Of a stretch of 64,000 nt of DNA, positions 29,456 through 39,753 are shown piece by piece. The translations under genes and the position numbers were made by a program. The number at the start of each line of letters is the position of its first letter. Positions within the stretch are counted from its first letter, which is position 1. The notes beneath the pieces are model-generated. The model ran no database searches. It was not told where the DNA came from and was given only the letters and a program-made list of their open reading frames with translations. The DNA lies in NCBI GenBank assembly GCA_951813575.1, contig OX638375.1, positions 3,498,752-3,562,751 on the forward strand, in the 5' to 3' direction. The stretch comes from Candidatus Binatia bacterium. GTDB lineage: Bacteria; Desulfobacterota; Binatia; UBA9968; JAJDTQ01.

Positions 29456-29546
29456 ACCGGACAGGTCAGGCAGGGCGGGGGTTCCCTTGGCGAAATCCCC
29501 GCCCTGCGGCCCTCCACCGCCCACCCCTTGAATCCGGAAACCGACC

Positions 29547-30641
29547 ATGGTGATTGACGCCGACGGTCACCTGTTCGAAACCGAGGCCGTGTTCGAGAAG
29601 TACATGGCGCCGGCCTTTCGCAGGTATCGTCCGAGACTCATCACCAACGAGGAAGGCCACAGCTTCTGGGTCGCCGACGGCTCGACCCGCTACCGCCGTC
29701 CGGGACAACCGGGAGCGCGCAATCCCGGGACCGCGGCGCCCCCGGGCGGCAAGGTCGGAAAGAGCCGGCGGGCCTCGGTGGGGAGCCAGGTGCTCTCCAG
29801 CGTGGCCGAGCGACTCGAGGACCTGGACAAGGAGAACATCGACGTCCAGTACCTCTACCCGAGCTATCTCCTGCACATTAATTCATGGGCCGACGGCGTG
29901 TTGGGGAACGAGGTGTGCCGCGCGTACAACACCTGGCTGGCCGAGGTTTGCCGCGAGGCGCCGGACCGGTTGAAGGGCGTGGGCCTCGTGTGTCTCGCCG
30001 ACCCGGAGGGGGCGGCCCGCGAAGTCGCCCGCGTCAAGGAAGCGGGACTCTCCGCCGTCATGGTCAACGGCACCGTGGGCGCGCGTGCGCTGGCCCACCC
30101 CGAGCACGAGGTCTTCTTCGCCGCGGCCGATGCCACGGCATTTCCCGTTGCCGTGCACTTCAGCTACGAGTTCCCGGGGGTGAGCGACCTGTTCACCGAG
30201 TTCTTTCCTACCCGGGTGCTGGCGGGGCTGTTCCCGATCATGGCCGGTCTGACGAGCGTGCTGTGCACCGGGCTGATGGACCGCTACCCGCGCATCCGCT
30301 TCGCCTTTCTGGAAGGGGGTTGCAACTGGGTGGCCTCGTACGTGGAACGCATGGACGAACACTACGAGAGCCCGACCTACCGCGCCGCGGAGGTGATCTC
30401 GCGGACGCCGGGAGAGCTGCTCGACTCGGGCCGGATCTTCTTCGGCTGTGAAGGAAACGAGCCCGGGCTGGGCAAGGTCATCGAGGAAATCGGCGCGGAC
30501 AAGCTGCTTTACTCGTCCGACTATCCCCACGGGGACCGCACCGAGGGAACCGTTGCGTTGCTCCGGCAGCGGGGCGACGTGCCGGAGTCCGCGAAGGCCG
30601 GACTTCTCGAGGAAAATGCCCGGAGATTTTACGGTGAGTGA
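29547..30641 (+). CDS. Amidohydrolase-2 family metal-dependent hydrolase/decarboxylase (ACMSD-like)
   Basis: MVIDADGHLFE start, then ..HF..E... and SDYPHGD metal-ligand motifs. Confidence 0.8.
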   Translation: MVIDADGHLFETEAVFEKYMAPAFRRYRPRLITNEEGHSFWVADGSTRYRRPGQPGARNPGTAAPPGGKVGKSRRASVGSQVLSSVAERLEDLDKENIDVQYLYPSYLLHINSWADGVLGNEVCRAYNTWLAEVCREAPDRLKGVGLVCLADPEGAAREVARVKEAGLSAVMVNGTVGARALAHPEHEVFFAAADATAFPVAVHFSYEFPGVSDLFTEFFPTRVLAGLFPIMAGLTSVLCTGLMDRYPRIRFAFLEGGCNWVASYVERMDEHYESPTYRAAEVISRTPGELLDSGRIFFGCEGNEPGLGKVIEEIGADKLLYSSDYPHGDRTEGTVALLRQRGDVPESAKAGLLEENARRFYGE

Positions 30642-30736
30642 ACCTCCCCGGGCGTCTTTCAGGCCTTGATGCAGCCAAAGTTGACAAACAGGTTCACACA
30701 GGGTACCCTAAGCCGATGCTTTTAAAGGGATTCTGC

Positions 30737-32347
30737 ATGACACGCTGCTTCGTTGTCCTCGCGAGTCTTCTGTTTTTCCTTTTCAGCGGCTTGTCATACG
30801 CCCCGCCCGCGTCGGCTCGGGGTCCCGTTCCCACCGAAAAGGACCCGTTCGCCATACCTTCAGGCCTCGAGCCCGCCGTCGAGTTCTGGAAGGCTATCTT
30901 CCTCGACTACGACTCGAACGAGCTGGTGTTCTTCGACCCCAGGAACATGTCGAAGATTCACCAGGTGGTGAAGGTCCGGAAGGGCGCCAGCACGCGGCGG
31001 GTGGTGCGTTCGGTGCGCGCTCGGCTCAACCGGCGCGGCATCCCGTGGCACCGGATCAAGGTGCAGCGGGGGATCAGCGAGCGTTTCGCCGCGGGCGTGC
31101 GGCGGTCCGGCCGCTACATGGAACACATGCGCAAGGTCTTCGTCGCCCGCGGACTCCCGGTGGAGTTGGCCTATCTGCCGTTGGTGGAGTCCTCGTTCCG
31201 GAACGACGCGCGCTCGTTCCGGGGTGCCGTGGGCATGTGGCAGTTCATGCCCGGCACCGGACGTATTTACATGCGCGTGACGCGGTCGCTGGATGAACGC
31301 AGGGACCCGATGGAAGCGACCCGTGCGGCGGCCCGTCTGCTGCAGGACAACTACCGGGAGCTCCGGACCTGGCCGCTGGCCGTGACCGCCTACAACCACG
31401 GCCGCGCCGGCATGCGGCGGGCGGTGCGCCAGGTGGGCACCCGGGACATCGTCACCATCATCCGCCGCTATCGGAGCCGCACCTTCAAGTTCGCGTCCAA
31501 GAATTTCTACGCGGAGTTCCTCGCCGCCGTGCACGTCATGCGCGAAATCGAGCGTCATCTGCCGCATGTCGAGTTCGATCAACTGGTGCATTTCGACGAG
31601 ATCAGCCTCCACAGGCGGGTGGCGGTGTCCTCGCTGCTGCGCCACAGCGGGGTCTCCCGGGCGGAACTGCTCAAGTGGAATCCGGCTCTCAGCCGCCACG
31701 CTTCGTGGCTGCCCAAGGGCTATCGGCTCAAGGCGCCGAAACGGGAGGGGCACAGGTTCCGTAGCGCGTTGTCGGGCATCGGCCCCATGGCGTCGTTCCC
31801 GTACCACGTGGTGAGCCGAGGCGACACCCTCTCCGAGCTGGCCAAGGTCTACGGCACCTCGACGCATGCCATCCAGTCCGTCAACGGCTTGAGGAGCGCC
31901 CACCGTCTGCGCGTGGGACAGCGGCTGGAGATTCCGGGCAAGCGGTCGGCCGGCCCGCCGGTGGGTCGACGGCCCGCCAAGGTGGTGAAAGCTGCCGGGG
32001 ACGGCGCGTACCACGTGGTGGGGCGCGGCGACACGCTTTGGAAAATTGCCCGGATTTACAACACATCGACGCGCGCGATCCAGTCCGCGAACCGCTTGGT
32101 GAGCGTCCGGCGCTTGCGCGTGGGACAGCGGCTCGAGATCCCCGACAGGTCGTACACGAGCCGGGCGTCGGCGAAAGTGGTGGACCAACCGCGCGTCTAC
32201 CACCGGGTACGCCGTGGCGAGACCCTTTCCATCATCGCCGACCGTTACAGGGTGTCGCTGGCGGCTCTCCAACGCGCCAACTCCATCCGCAACCTGCACC
32301 GGATCCGGGCCGGACAGCGCCTCAGAATCCCCGCGACCCGGTCCTGA
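30737..32347 (+). CDS. Lytic transglycosylase (MltD-like SLT domain) with three C-terminal LysM repeats
   Basis: Signal peptide MTRCFVVLASLLFFLFSGLSYA. SLT catalytic region (ELAYLPLVESSFRNDARSFRGAVGMWQFMPGTG). Three copies of YHVV.RGDTL..IA..Y.....I...N.L......RVGQRL.IP. Confidence 0.8.
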   Translation: MTRCFVVLASLLFFLFSGLSYAPPASARGPVPTEKDPFAIPSGLEPAVEFWKAIFLDYDSNELVFFDPRNMSKIHQVVKVRKGASTRRVVRSVRARLNRRGIPWHRIKVQRGISERFAAGVRRSGRYMEHMRKVFVARGLPVELAYLPLVESSFRNDARSFRGAVGMWQFMPGTGRIYMRVTRSLDERRDPMEATRAAARLLQDNYRELRTWPLAVTAYNHGRAGMRRAVRQVGTRDIVTIIRRYRSRTFKFASKNFYAEFLAAVHVMREIERHLPHVEFDQLVHFDEISLHRRVAVSSLLRHSGVSRAELLKWNPALSRHASWLPKGYRLKAPKREGHRFRSALSGIGPMASFPYHVVSRGDTLSELAKVYGTSTHAIQSVNGLRSAHRLRVGQRLEIPGKRSAGPPVGRRPAKVVKAAGDGAYHVVGRGDTLWKIARIYNTSTRAIQSANRLVSVRRLRVGQRLEIPDRSYTSRASAKVVDQPRVYHRVRRGETLSIIADRYRVSLAALQRANSIRNLHRIRAGQRLRIPATRS

Positions 32348-32416
32348 CCGGACCGGGCGGGTGTGAAACCCGCCACTAGGGCTTGTACCCCCGATGCGAT
32401 ATAATGGCCGGAGGTT

Positions 32417-33238
32417 ATGTACCAGAGCCTTCTCCAGGCCACGGCCGGATTCTATCTACTGGCCGCAGGCGCGTTCATCCTTTACCTGTTCTCTCCGCGG
32501 GAGACCCTTTCCCGGGTGGGCCAGGGCCTGTTGCTGGCAGGCTTCGTCGGCCATGCGATAAAGTTCGCGTTCCTCTTCCACGAGGCCGGCTTCCCCGCGC
32601 TGGCCCAGACCGCCGCCACCCAGTCCTTCTACGGCTGGCTGATGGTGGGCGTGTACCTCACGGTGCAGTTCAAGTACCGGCTGCCCATCCTGGGCTGTTT
32701 CGTTGCCCCGCTGGCTTTCCTCATGTCGCTGCGGTCGATTGCGCTGGGAGACGCCGGTCTGGAGACGCCGCCGGCGCTGCTGACCTACTGGTTGCCCCTG
32801 CACGTGACCCTGGCGCTGCTGGGGAACGCGGTGTTCGCGCTGGCGTTCGCCGTGAGCGTGGTCTATCTGCTGCTCCGGCGGCAGCTCAAGAACAAGCGGA
32901 TGACCGGCTTGAGCCAGGCGCTGCCGGCCCTCGAGACGCTGGACCGTCTCAACAAGATATTCCTGGTCTGGGGTTTCCCGTTCATGACGCTGGGTATCCT
33001 AACGGGCAGCGTGTGGGCGCACGCCCAGTGGGGCACCTACTGGTCCTGGGACCCGCGGCAGATCACGTCCGGCCTGACCTGGCTGCTCTACGGCATCCTT
33101 CTCCACGGCCGCCTGACCGCGGGTTGGCGCGGCAGGAAGGCGGCCCTGTGGACCATCGCGGGCTTCATGATCGTCCTGGGCTACTTCCTCTGGGGGGACG
33201 TCTTTTTCCTCAGCCGTCACGGAGGCCGTTTTGAGTGA
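32417..33238 (+). CDS. Cytochrome c assembly protein family membrane protein (HemX/CcsA-like) leading the hem operon
   Basis: Eight-TM protein with a WGxxWxWD tryptophan-rich motif (WGTYWSWDPRQ). It lies immediately upstream of hemA, overlapping its start, as with B. subtilis hemX. Confidence 0.7.
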   Translation: MYQSLLQATAGFYLLAAGAFILYLFSPRETLSRVGQGLLLAGFVGHAIKFAFLFHEAGFPALAQTAATQSFYGWLMVGVYLTVQFKYRLPILGCFVAPLAFLMSLRSIALGDAGLETPPALLTYWLPLHVTLALLGNAVFALAFAVSVVYLLLRRQLKNKRMTGLSQALPALETLDRLNKIFLVWGFPFMTLGILTGSVWAHAQWGTYWSWDPRQITSGLTWLLYGILLHGRLTAGWRGRKAALWTIAGFMIVLGYFLWGDVFFLSRHGGRFE

Positions 33239-34535
33239 GGCCGGACGACAGATCCTCGTGGTCGGCCTGAACCACACGACGGCGCCGGTGGAGGTCCGGG
33301 AGCAGCTCGCGTTCTCCTCCAACCACCTCAACGGCTCGCTCCACGATCTCGTGGCCCTGCCCTCGGTGGACGAGGGCGTGATCCTGTCCACCTGCAACCG
33401 GGTGGAGGTGGTGGCCGTGGCCCGGGACGGCGGCGCCGGCCTCGCCGAGATCGGGGACTTTCTCAGGAACCAGCCGGGCGTCCGCATCGGTCCCGCCGAG
33501 GACCACCTCTACCAACACGCCCGCAAGAGCGCGGTGCGGCACGTTTTCCGGGTGGCCTCGAGCCTGGATTCCATGGTGGTGGGGGAGCCTCAGATTCTCG
33601 GGCAGCTCAAGGAGTACTACTCCATCGCGCAGGAGGCCGGCACCGTCGGCAGCATCCTGCACCGTCTCTTTCACCGCTCCTTCTCCGTGGCGAAACGGGT
33701 GCGGCAGGGAACCGGCATCGCCAGCCGGCCTGTTTCCGTGGGCTCCGTGGCCGTGGACCTGGCCAAGCGGATCTTCGACCGGCTCGAGGAAAAGACCGTC
33801 ATGGTCATCGGTTCCGGGGTCATGGGCGAGTCGCTGGTGCGGCATCTGGTTGAGAACGGCGTCCGCGGCCTGATGATCACCAACCGCACCTTCGAGAAGG
33901 CCGTGGAGCTGGCGGACCGCTTCGAGGCGAGCCCCATCCGTTTCGAGGACTATGCCCGCTACCTCAAGCTGGCCGACGTGGTGATCGGCTCGGTGGAGTC
34001 GGAGGTGGCGCTGATCACACGTGAGACCGCGGCCGAGGTGCTGCGGGAGAGGAAACAGGACAACATGTTCCTCATCGATCTCGGCGTGCCCAGGAACTTC
34101 GACCCCCTCATCAACGGCCTGGACAACGTGTACCTCTATCACATCGACGATCTTACCGACGTGGCCCGGGAGAACCTCAAGGGGAGGGAGAGCGAGGCGG
34201 ACAAGGGAGAGCTGATCGTGGACCAGGAGGTGGAGACGTTCTATCGGTGGTTTGCCTCCCTGGATCAGGTCCCCACCATCGTCGCGCTGAAGCAAAAGCT
34301 CGAGCAGATCCGGCAGGGGGAGCTCAGGAAATCGCTGGAGTCGAACCTCAAGGATGTTTCGGAGCGGGAGCGCAAGGCCATCGAAGATCTGACCGCGGCC
34401 ATGATCAACAAGATCCTCCACGTCCCCCTCACACGGCTCAAGGAGCGTCCCGACGAGGATGCCGCCTACCACGAAACCGTAAGGGTGCTGTTCGATCTGG
34501 ACAAGGAGCCGGGGCCGGAGCGGGACGACTCGTGA
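33231..34535 (+). CDS. hemA: Glutamyl-tRNA reductase
   Basis: ILVVGLNHTTAPVEVRE, active-site LSTCNRVE, NADPH-binding GSGVMG. Confidence 0.9.
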   Translation: MSEAGRQILVVGLNHTTAPVEVREQLAFSSNHLNGSLHDLVALPSVDEGVILSTCNRVEVVAVARDGGAGLAEIGDFLRNQPGVRIGPAEDHLYQHARKSAVRHVFRVASSLDSMVVGEPQILGQLKEYYSIAQEAGTVGSILHRLFHRSFSVAKRVRQGTGIASRPVSVGSVAVDLAKRIFDRLEEKTVMVIGSGVMGESLVRHLVENGVRGLMITNRTFEKAVELADRFEASPIRFEDYARYLKLADVVIGSVESEVALITRETAAEVLRERKQDNMFLIDLGVPRNFDPLINGLDNVYLYHIDDLTDVARENLKGRESEADKGELIVDQEVETFYRWFASLDQVPTIVALKQKLEQIRQGELRKSLESNLKDVSERERKAIEDLTAAMINKILHVPLTRLKERPDEDAAYHETVRVLFDLDKEPGPERDDS

Positions 34536-34537
34536 GC

Positions 34538-35449
34538 ATGGACAGGATCCGCATCGGCACCCGGCGCAGCCGGCTGGCCCTCGCCCAGGCCGAGTGGGTC
34601 CGGGCCCGCATCCGGGAACGTCACCCGGAGGCCGTGGTGGAGGTGGTGTCCATCACCACCAGCGGCGACCGCTTCCGGAACGTCCCCATCGAGCAGATCG
34701 GGGACAAGGGCGTGTTCATCAAGGAGATCGAGGAGGCGCTCCTGGACGGCCGCATCGACGTGGCGGTGCACTCCATGAAGGATTTGCCCACCGAGATCCC
34801 GGAGGGATTGGCCATCGCCGCGGTGCCGGAACGCGAGGATCCCAGGGACGCCATGATCAGTCGCGTCGCCCGGAGCCTCGCCGAGCTTCCGGCCGGAGGC
34901 AGGGTCGGCACCGGCAGCCTCAGGCGGCAGGCCCAGGTGCTGCACCACCGCCCGGACCTCGAGGTGGTGCCCATACGGGGAAACGTGGACACGCGGATGG
35001 CCAAGCTCGAGCGCGGCGAGGTCGAGGCCCTGGTGCTGGCGTTGGCGGGGTTGAAACGGCTGGGCCGGGAGGGCGAGGCCACCGAGTTGCTGCCTCCCGA
35101 CACAATGTTGAGCGCCGTTGCCCAGGGAGCCCTGGGGCTGGAGACCCGGCGCCCCGAGGTGGAGCGGCTGCGTTTCCTGAACCACGAGCCTTCGGCGTCG
35201 GAGGTGGAGGCCGAGCGGGCCTTCCTGCGGCGCCTCGAAGGAGGCTGTCAGGTGCCGGCGGGAGCCCGGGCCGTGGCGGACCGGGACGGGCTCTCGCTTG
35301 CCGGGATGGTGGCGGAGGCGTCCGGCCGGCGGATCTTCCGCGGCGAGATCTCGGGGGCGTGCGCGGACGCGGCGGCGCTGGGTACCCGACTCGCCGAGCG
35401 GCTGCTGGACGAGGGAGCCGGCGCCGTGCTGAGGGAGGCCCGGGCATGA
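34538..35449 (+). CDS. hemC: Hydroxymethylbilane synthase (porphobilinogen deaminase)
   Basis: IRIGTRRSRLALAQAEWV, HSMKDLPT, and cofactor-binding Cys context EGGCQVP. Confidence 0.9.
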   Translation: MDRIRIGTRRSRLALAQAEWVRARIRERHPEAVVEVVSITTSGDRFRNVPIEQIGDKGVFIKEIEEALLDGRIDVAVHSMKDLPTEIPEGLAIAAVPEREDPRDAMISRVARSLAELPAGGRVGTGSLRRQAQVLHHRPDLEVVPIRGNVDTRMAKLERGEVEALVLALAGLKRLGREGEATELLPPDTMLSAVAQGALGLETRRPEVERLRFLNHEPSASEVEAERAFLRRLEGGCQVPAGARAVADRDGLSLAGMVAEASGRRIFRGEISGACADAAALGTRLAERLLDEGAGAVLREARA

Positions 35450-36264
35450 GCGATACGGCGGTGGCGCACTCCGGCGGCGTTCCGCTCTCCGGACAGCGGA
35501 TCCTGATCACCCGTCCGCGCGAGCAGGCCGGCGCCTTCGTCCGCGGCGTCGAAGCCCTCGGCGCCCGGGCGGTGGTCTTTCCTACGGTGGAGATCCTGCC
35601 GCTTCGGGACGCCGGCGTCCTTGACGAGGCGGTCCGCGGGCTCCCGGAACAGGATTGGCTGGTATTCACCAGCGCCAACGGCGTCCGGCACTTCCTGGAA
35701 CGTTGCGAGGCGCTGGGATGCGTCGACAGCCTGAAGGCGCTTCAGGTGGCGGCCATCGGTCCGCAGACCGCCCGCCTGCTGGAAGACAACGGCCTTTCGG
35801 TGACCCTGGTGCCCGAAGAATTCCGCGCGGAAGGGATCCTCGCCGCCCTCGGCCCGGAGCGCGTCCGGGGCCGCCGCTTCCTGCTGGCGCGGGTAGCAGG
35901 AGCCCGGGACGTGCTTCCCGAGACGCTGCGGCGATGGGGCGCGGCGGTGACGGTGGTGGAAGCCTACCGGAACGAACCGGTGCGGCACGGCGGCCGGCGC
36001 TTGGCGCGGCTCCTCGGGCAGGTGGACTGGGTCACGTTCACCAGTCCAAGCACGGTGAGCGCCTTCATGGATCTTCTCGAGCAGGCCGGGGCGGGATTCC
36101 CGCCGCCGGCCCGGGTGGCCTGCATCGGCCCCATCACTGCGAATGCCGCCCGCGAGCGTGGCCTGGCGGTGGACGTCGAAGCCCGGGAATACACCGTGGC
36201 GGGCCTGATCCAGGCTCTGGTAGAATGCACGGCCGGCGTGGATGAACACGGAGAGAATGTGTAG
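35446..36264 (+). CDS. hemD: Uroporphyrinogen-III synthase
   Basis: ILITRP..., FTSANGV and FTSPSTV repeats of the HemD fold. The ATG overlaps the hemC stop (ATGA). Confidence 0.8.
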   Translation: MSDTAVAHSGGVPLSGQRILITRPREQAGAFVRGVEALGARAVVFPTVEILPLRDAGVLDEAVRGLPEQDWLVFTSANGVRHFLERCEALGCVDSLKALQVAAIGPQTARLLEDNGLSVTLVPEEFRAEGILAALGPERVRGRRFLLARVAGARDVLPETLRRWGAAVTVVEAYRNEPVRHGGRRLARLLGQVDWVTFTSPSTVSAFMDLLEQAGAGFPPPARVACIGPITANAARERGLAVDVEAREYTVAGLIQALVECTAGVDEHGENV

Positions 36265-36324
36265 GGGCGGGTTTCAAACCCGTCCGTACCGCGGCTGACC
36301 GCACCTGACACCGGGAGGCAATCC

Positions 36325-37293
36325 ATGGCATTTCCCGTCACCCGACCGCGAAGACTTCGGCGGACCGGCCTGTTGCGCGACCTGGTGCGCGAGACCGCGC
36401 TGAGTCCGCGGGACTTCATCTATCCCCTGTTCGTGTGTACGGGGCGCGATCGGGAGCAACCGATCACCTCCATGCCCGGCGTCGCCCAGCTTTCGGTGGA
36501 CCGGGCCGCCGGCGAGGCCGAGACCGTCTGGCACCTGGGCATTCCCGGCGTGATCCTCTTCGGCATCCCCGAGACCAAGGACGCCGTGGGCTCGGAAGCC
36601 TACGCCGAGAACGGCGTGGTGCAGGAAGCGGTCCGCGCCATCAAGGACAGGGTCCCGGACCTGTTGGTGATCACCGACGTCTGCCTGTGCGAGTACACCG
36701 ACCACGGCCACTGCGGCCTCATCGAGGACGGAGAGGTGGCCAACGATGCCTCTCTGGAGCTGCTGGCGAGGGAGGCCCTGTCCCACGCTCGCGCCGGGGC
36801 CGATGTCGTCGCACCTTCCGACATGATGGACGGCCGGGTGGGGGCGATTCGCGCCGCGCTGGACGGAGAAGGTCTGGAGAACGTGGTCATCATGGCCTAC
36901 GCCGCCAAGTACGCGTCGGGTTTCTACGGCCCGTTCCGCGAGGCCGCGGAATCGACCCCGCAGTTCGGCGACCGGCGTTCCTATCAGATGGACCCGGGCA
37001 ACAGCGACGAGGCGCTGCGGGAGGTGGAGGCGGATATCGCCGAGGGCGCCGACATCGTCATGGTGAAGCCGGCGCTGTCGTATCTGGACGTCATCTCGCG
37101 CGTGAAACAGCGCTTCAATTATCCCACCGCCGCCTACAACGTGAGCGGCGAATACGCCATGATCAAGGCCGCGGCCCAGAACGGCTGGATTGACGAGACC
37201 ACGGTCGTGCCGGAAGTGCTGCTGTCCATCAAGCGGGCCGGCGCCGACCTGATCCTCACCTATTTCGCGAAAGAGATGGCGGCGGGTCTGTAG
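36325..37293 (+). CDS. hemB: Porphobilinogen synthase (delta-aminolevulinic acid dehydratase)
   Basis: RPRRLR, active-site lysines ([20 protein letters not shown] Zn site) and YNVSGEYAM. Confidence 0.9.
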   Translation: MAFPVTRPRRLRRTGLLRDLVRETALSPRDFIYPLFVCTGRDREQPITSMPGVAQLSVDRAAGEAETVWHLGIPGVILFGIPETKDAVGSEAYAENGVVQEAVRAIKDRVPDLLVITDVCLCEYTDHGHCGLIEDGEVANDASLELLAREALSHARAGADVVAPSDMMDGRVGAIRAALDGEGLENVVIMAYAAKYASGFYGPFREAAESTPQFGDRRSYQMDPGNSDEALREVEADIAEGADIVMVKPALSYLDVISRVKQRFNYPTAAYNVSGEYAMIKAAAQNGWIDETTVVPEVLLSIKRAGADLILTYFAKEMAAGL

Positions 37294-37424
37294 GACAACC
37301 CGGCACGCCCAACACGCTGGAGACTTGGCCATCGTATCTGGCGCCAATCGTCGAATCCTGTCGGTTCTCCTCAGCCTGCCGAGTTGGAGTTGTGGTATGT
37401 TGGGGGAGAAATGGAGGTTGTACA

Positions 37425-37691
37425 ATGGCAAGATCAATGACCATCGACTACGGCGATGACGTCCTGCTCGCATTGGGGCTGAGCGCCGAAGAGTTCCGCG
37501 AGGAGGCCAAGCTTTTGATCGCCGTCAAACTCTGCGAGTTGGGGCGGCTGTCGACCGGAGCGGCGGCCGAACTGGCGGACCTGCCTAAGCCTCTGTTCCT
37601 TACGAAGCTCGCGGACTACGGCGTGGATACTTTCGATCCATCGGCGGAAGAGCTTCGACGCGATCTGGCTGGTGCGCGACGTCATCTGTAA
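37425..37691 (+). CDS. UPF0175-family antitoxin
   Basis: MARSMTIDYGDDVLLALGLSAEEFREEAKLLIAVKLCELGRLSTGAAAELADLPKPLFLTKLADYGV matches the UPF0175 fold. It overlaps the downstream DUF3368 gene. Confidence 0.6.
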   Translation: MARSMTIDYGDDVLLALGLSAEEFREEAKLLIAVKLCELGRLSTGAAAELADLPKPLFLTKLADYGVDTFDPSAEELRRDLAGARRHL

Positions 37692-38160
37692 CACGTCGCC
37701 GTTGCAGTATCTGCATCAGGCGGAACTGCTCCACCTGCTGCCGGAGTTGTTTGGGTCAGTGCAGGTGCCGTCGGCCGTAACCGATGAACTTGAGGAGGGT
37801 AGGAGGCGAGGAGTCAGCCTCCCAGCTCTGGCGACGCTTCCATGGGTGACGATGCGGTCGGTGCGTGATCGGACGCTATTGCCCCTGGTTACCAGCCTGG
37901 GCAGCGGAGAGAAGGAAGTGCTTGGTTTGGGTTTGGAGACGCCGGGTCACTTGCTCGTGTTGGACGACCGGGCTGCGCGCCGATACGCGCTCGCCGCGGG
38001 ACTGGAGGTCACGGGAACGCTGGGAGTATTATTGTTGGCGAAGGAACGTGACCTCTTGGATTCGGTTCGGCCCACCTTGGACCGTCTTCAGAGGCTACGG
38101 TTTCGTCTATCGGCGGCGACTCTTCAGCGGGTTCTCGACTTGGCAGGCGAGGAGCAATGA
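37672..38160 (+). CDS. DUF3368 PIN-like nuclease toxin (partner of UPF0175)
   Basis: VICNTSPLQYLHQAELLHLL..., D/E acidic residues of the PIN fold and LVLDDRAAR. A GTG start overlaps the antitoxin gene by 20 nt. Confidence 0.65.
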   Translation: MRDVICNTSPLQYLHQAELLHLLPELFGSVQVPSAVTDELEEGRRRGVSLPALATLPWVTMRSVRDRTLLPLVTSLGSGEKEVLGLGLETPGHLLVLDDRAARRYALAAGLEVTGTLGVLLLAKERDLLDSVRPTLDRLQRLRFRLSAATLQRVLDLAGEEQ

Positions 38161-38213
38161 TTTCTCGACGACATCCCGGTGGGCGGTAGATTGTCAGTGA
38201 GCGAATAAAGACT

Positions 38214-38486
38214 TCAATCGTCCCGTCCCAGCAAGCGGCGTACTTCCTTCACTCTGTTCCGGAGGGTCTTCTCGCACTCGGGTTCGCGTTCCGGGGTGTG
38301 CACCTGCGCTTCCGAGAGTCGGAAGAGCAGCACCCGGGCGCCCCGGGTCAGGCGGATGACGTAGGTGTTGGAGTCCGCGTCGTGATAGGACTCCACCGCT
38401 TTCACGGTGTCGTCCTCCGAGCGGATGATGGCGTTGGCCCATGCCTCGAGGTCCGGGAGGGCCGCTTCCCCGACGTGTTGCGTAAT
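38214..38486 (-). CDS. Hypothetical small protein (about 90 aa)
   Basis: The C-terminal 90 codons of ORF 38214..38939 (MITQHVGEAALPDLEAWANAIIRSEDDTVKAVESYHDADSNTYVIRL...) are protein-like. The upstream part of that ORF is the alternative frame of the cytochrome c' gene. Confidence 0.35.
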   Translation of the reverse strand: MTQHVGEAALPDLEAWANAIIRSEDDTVKAVESYHDADSNTYVIRLTRGARVLLFRLSEAQVHTPEREPECEKTLRNRVKEVRRLLGRDD

Positions 38487-38506
38487 CATGCGGGCGGCGG
38501 GTGGGC

Positions 38507-38953
38507 TTAGCTCCGCTTCTTGGGTTTCCGGAACGGCCGGTGACAGCTTCCGCAGGCGTTCTTGCCGAAGGCCTTGACGAGCTCGGCGGTGTTCTCGCCT
38601 GCCCGGGCTTGGGTCGCGATGGCCTGGGCCAGGGTCACGGCGTTCTTGGCCGCCTTCGTGAAATCGTCCCACTGCTCCCAGATCTCCGGCTTGGAACGCG
38701 AGCCGTCGGCGCTTCCCTTGGGAAAGGTGTCGGCGTTGATCTTGGCAAAGGCCGCCGCCAGCTTGTCGGCGCTGGCAGCCACCGCCGCCGCGTCGGCGGC
38801 GGAACGCAGGGCCTTGCTCGCCCCGCCGATGCCCTTCATCAGTTCCTGCCGTTCCGCGATGACCTTGTCGAACTGCTGTGCCCAGGCCGCGCCCGCACCC
38901 GTCATCAGGAATATCCCCGCCAACAAAACCAACAGCCAAGATGATTTCCGCAT
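38507..38953 (-). CDS. Class II c-type cytochrome (cytochrome c'/c-556-like), periplasmic
   Basis: Signal peptide MRKSSWLLVLLAGIFLMTGAGAAWA, a four-helix-bundle-length sequence, and a single C-terminal CxxCH (NACGSCHRPF). Confidence 0.7.
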   Translation of the reverse strand: MRKSSWLLVLLAGIFLMTGAGAAWAQQFDKVIAERQELMKGIGGASKALRSAADAAAVAASADKLAAAFAKINADTFPKGSADGSRSKPEIWEQWDDFTKAAKNAVTLAQAIATQARAGENTAELVKAFGKNACGSCHRPFRKPKKRS

Positions 38954-38967
38954 GGGTCTATCCTCCG

Positions 38968-39753
38968 CTATTGCTCGAACTCGTGCTTCTGAAGCTCCCG
39001 GACCAGAGCCGAGAGGTTCGGGTCGCTGTTGACCACGTCGTTCACCTTGTTCTGGAACTCGCCCGCGGCCCGCTCCAGCGGGCCCGTGTCGATACGGATA
39101 CCGAGCCACTGGGTCAGCCGGAGCACCAGGGCCAGGGTCCCCCGGGGGTTGGGAGACGGCGCCAGGTAGTGCGGCAGCGCCGCCCACAGGCTCACGTGCG
39201 GCACGCTTTCCTTGCGGAAAGTGTCCGCGAGGATCCCGACGATGCCCGTGGGCCCCTGGTACCGGGACGGCGTGAAGTCCAGCTCCTTCATCAACTCGGG
39301 GTCCGACGAGAATCCGTTCAGGGGCACCGGCTTGGTGTAGAGGACCTCGTCCAGAAGGGCTCCCAGGGTGATGATGCGGGCGACCTTCCACTCCCGGGCG
39401 AGGTCCAGCACCGTCCGGGTGAACGCCTTCCAGTGCAGGTGCGGCTCCGCGCCGGAGGCGAAGATGAAGTCCCGGTCCAGCTCGTTGCCGGTCTTGTAGT
39501 AATGGAAGTCGTACGACGGCCATTCGATCTCGCGCTGTCCGTCCACCAGGCGGACCTGGGGCCTGTGAACCGAGAAGTCGTAGTAGTCTTCGGGGTCGAT
39601 CTTCGCCAGCTCGGAGGCCAGGAGCTGTTCGATCAGGTACCGGACCGCGGAGGTAGCCGACGACCCGGCGTCGCTCCAGCCCGAGAACGACAGGATCAGG
39701 AAAGGTCTCCGCAGACGGGGCCGGCGAATGTAGGAGACGGCGTCGGAAGCCAT
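38968..39753 (-). CDS. PAC2-family protein
   Basis: 261 aa with RRPFLILSFSGWSDAGSSATSAV.., typical of the bacterial PAC2 (PF09754) family. Confidence 0.6.
   Translation of the reverse strand: MASDAVSYIRRPRLRRPFLILSFSGWSDAGSSATSAVRYLIEQLLASELAKIDPEDYYDFSVHRPQVRLVDGQREIEWPSYDFHYYKTGNELDRDFIFASGAEPHLHWKAFTRTVLDLAREWKVARIITLGALLDEVLYTKPVPLNGFSSDPELMKELDFTPSRYQGPTGIVGILADTFRKESVPHVSLWAALPHYLAPSPNPRGTLALVLRLTQWLGIRIDTGPLERAAGEFQNKVNDVVNSDPNLSALVRELQKHEFEQ

Noticed and set aside
34594-36264. 556-aa ORF spanning hemC and hemD.
   Set aside because: Its N-terminal 290 codons are the +1 frame of hemC (G/R/P-rich). Only its C-terminal part (hemD, from ATG 35446) is real.
38487-38939. Upstream two-thirds of ORF 38214..38939 (G/R-rich).
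   Set aside because: It is the alternative frame of the cytochrome c' gene. Only the last 90 codons downstream of the cytochrome stop look like an independent small gene.
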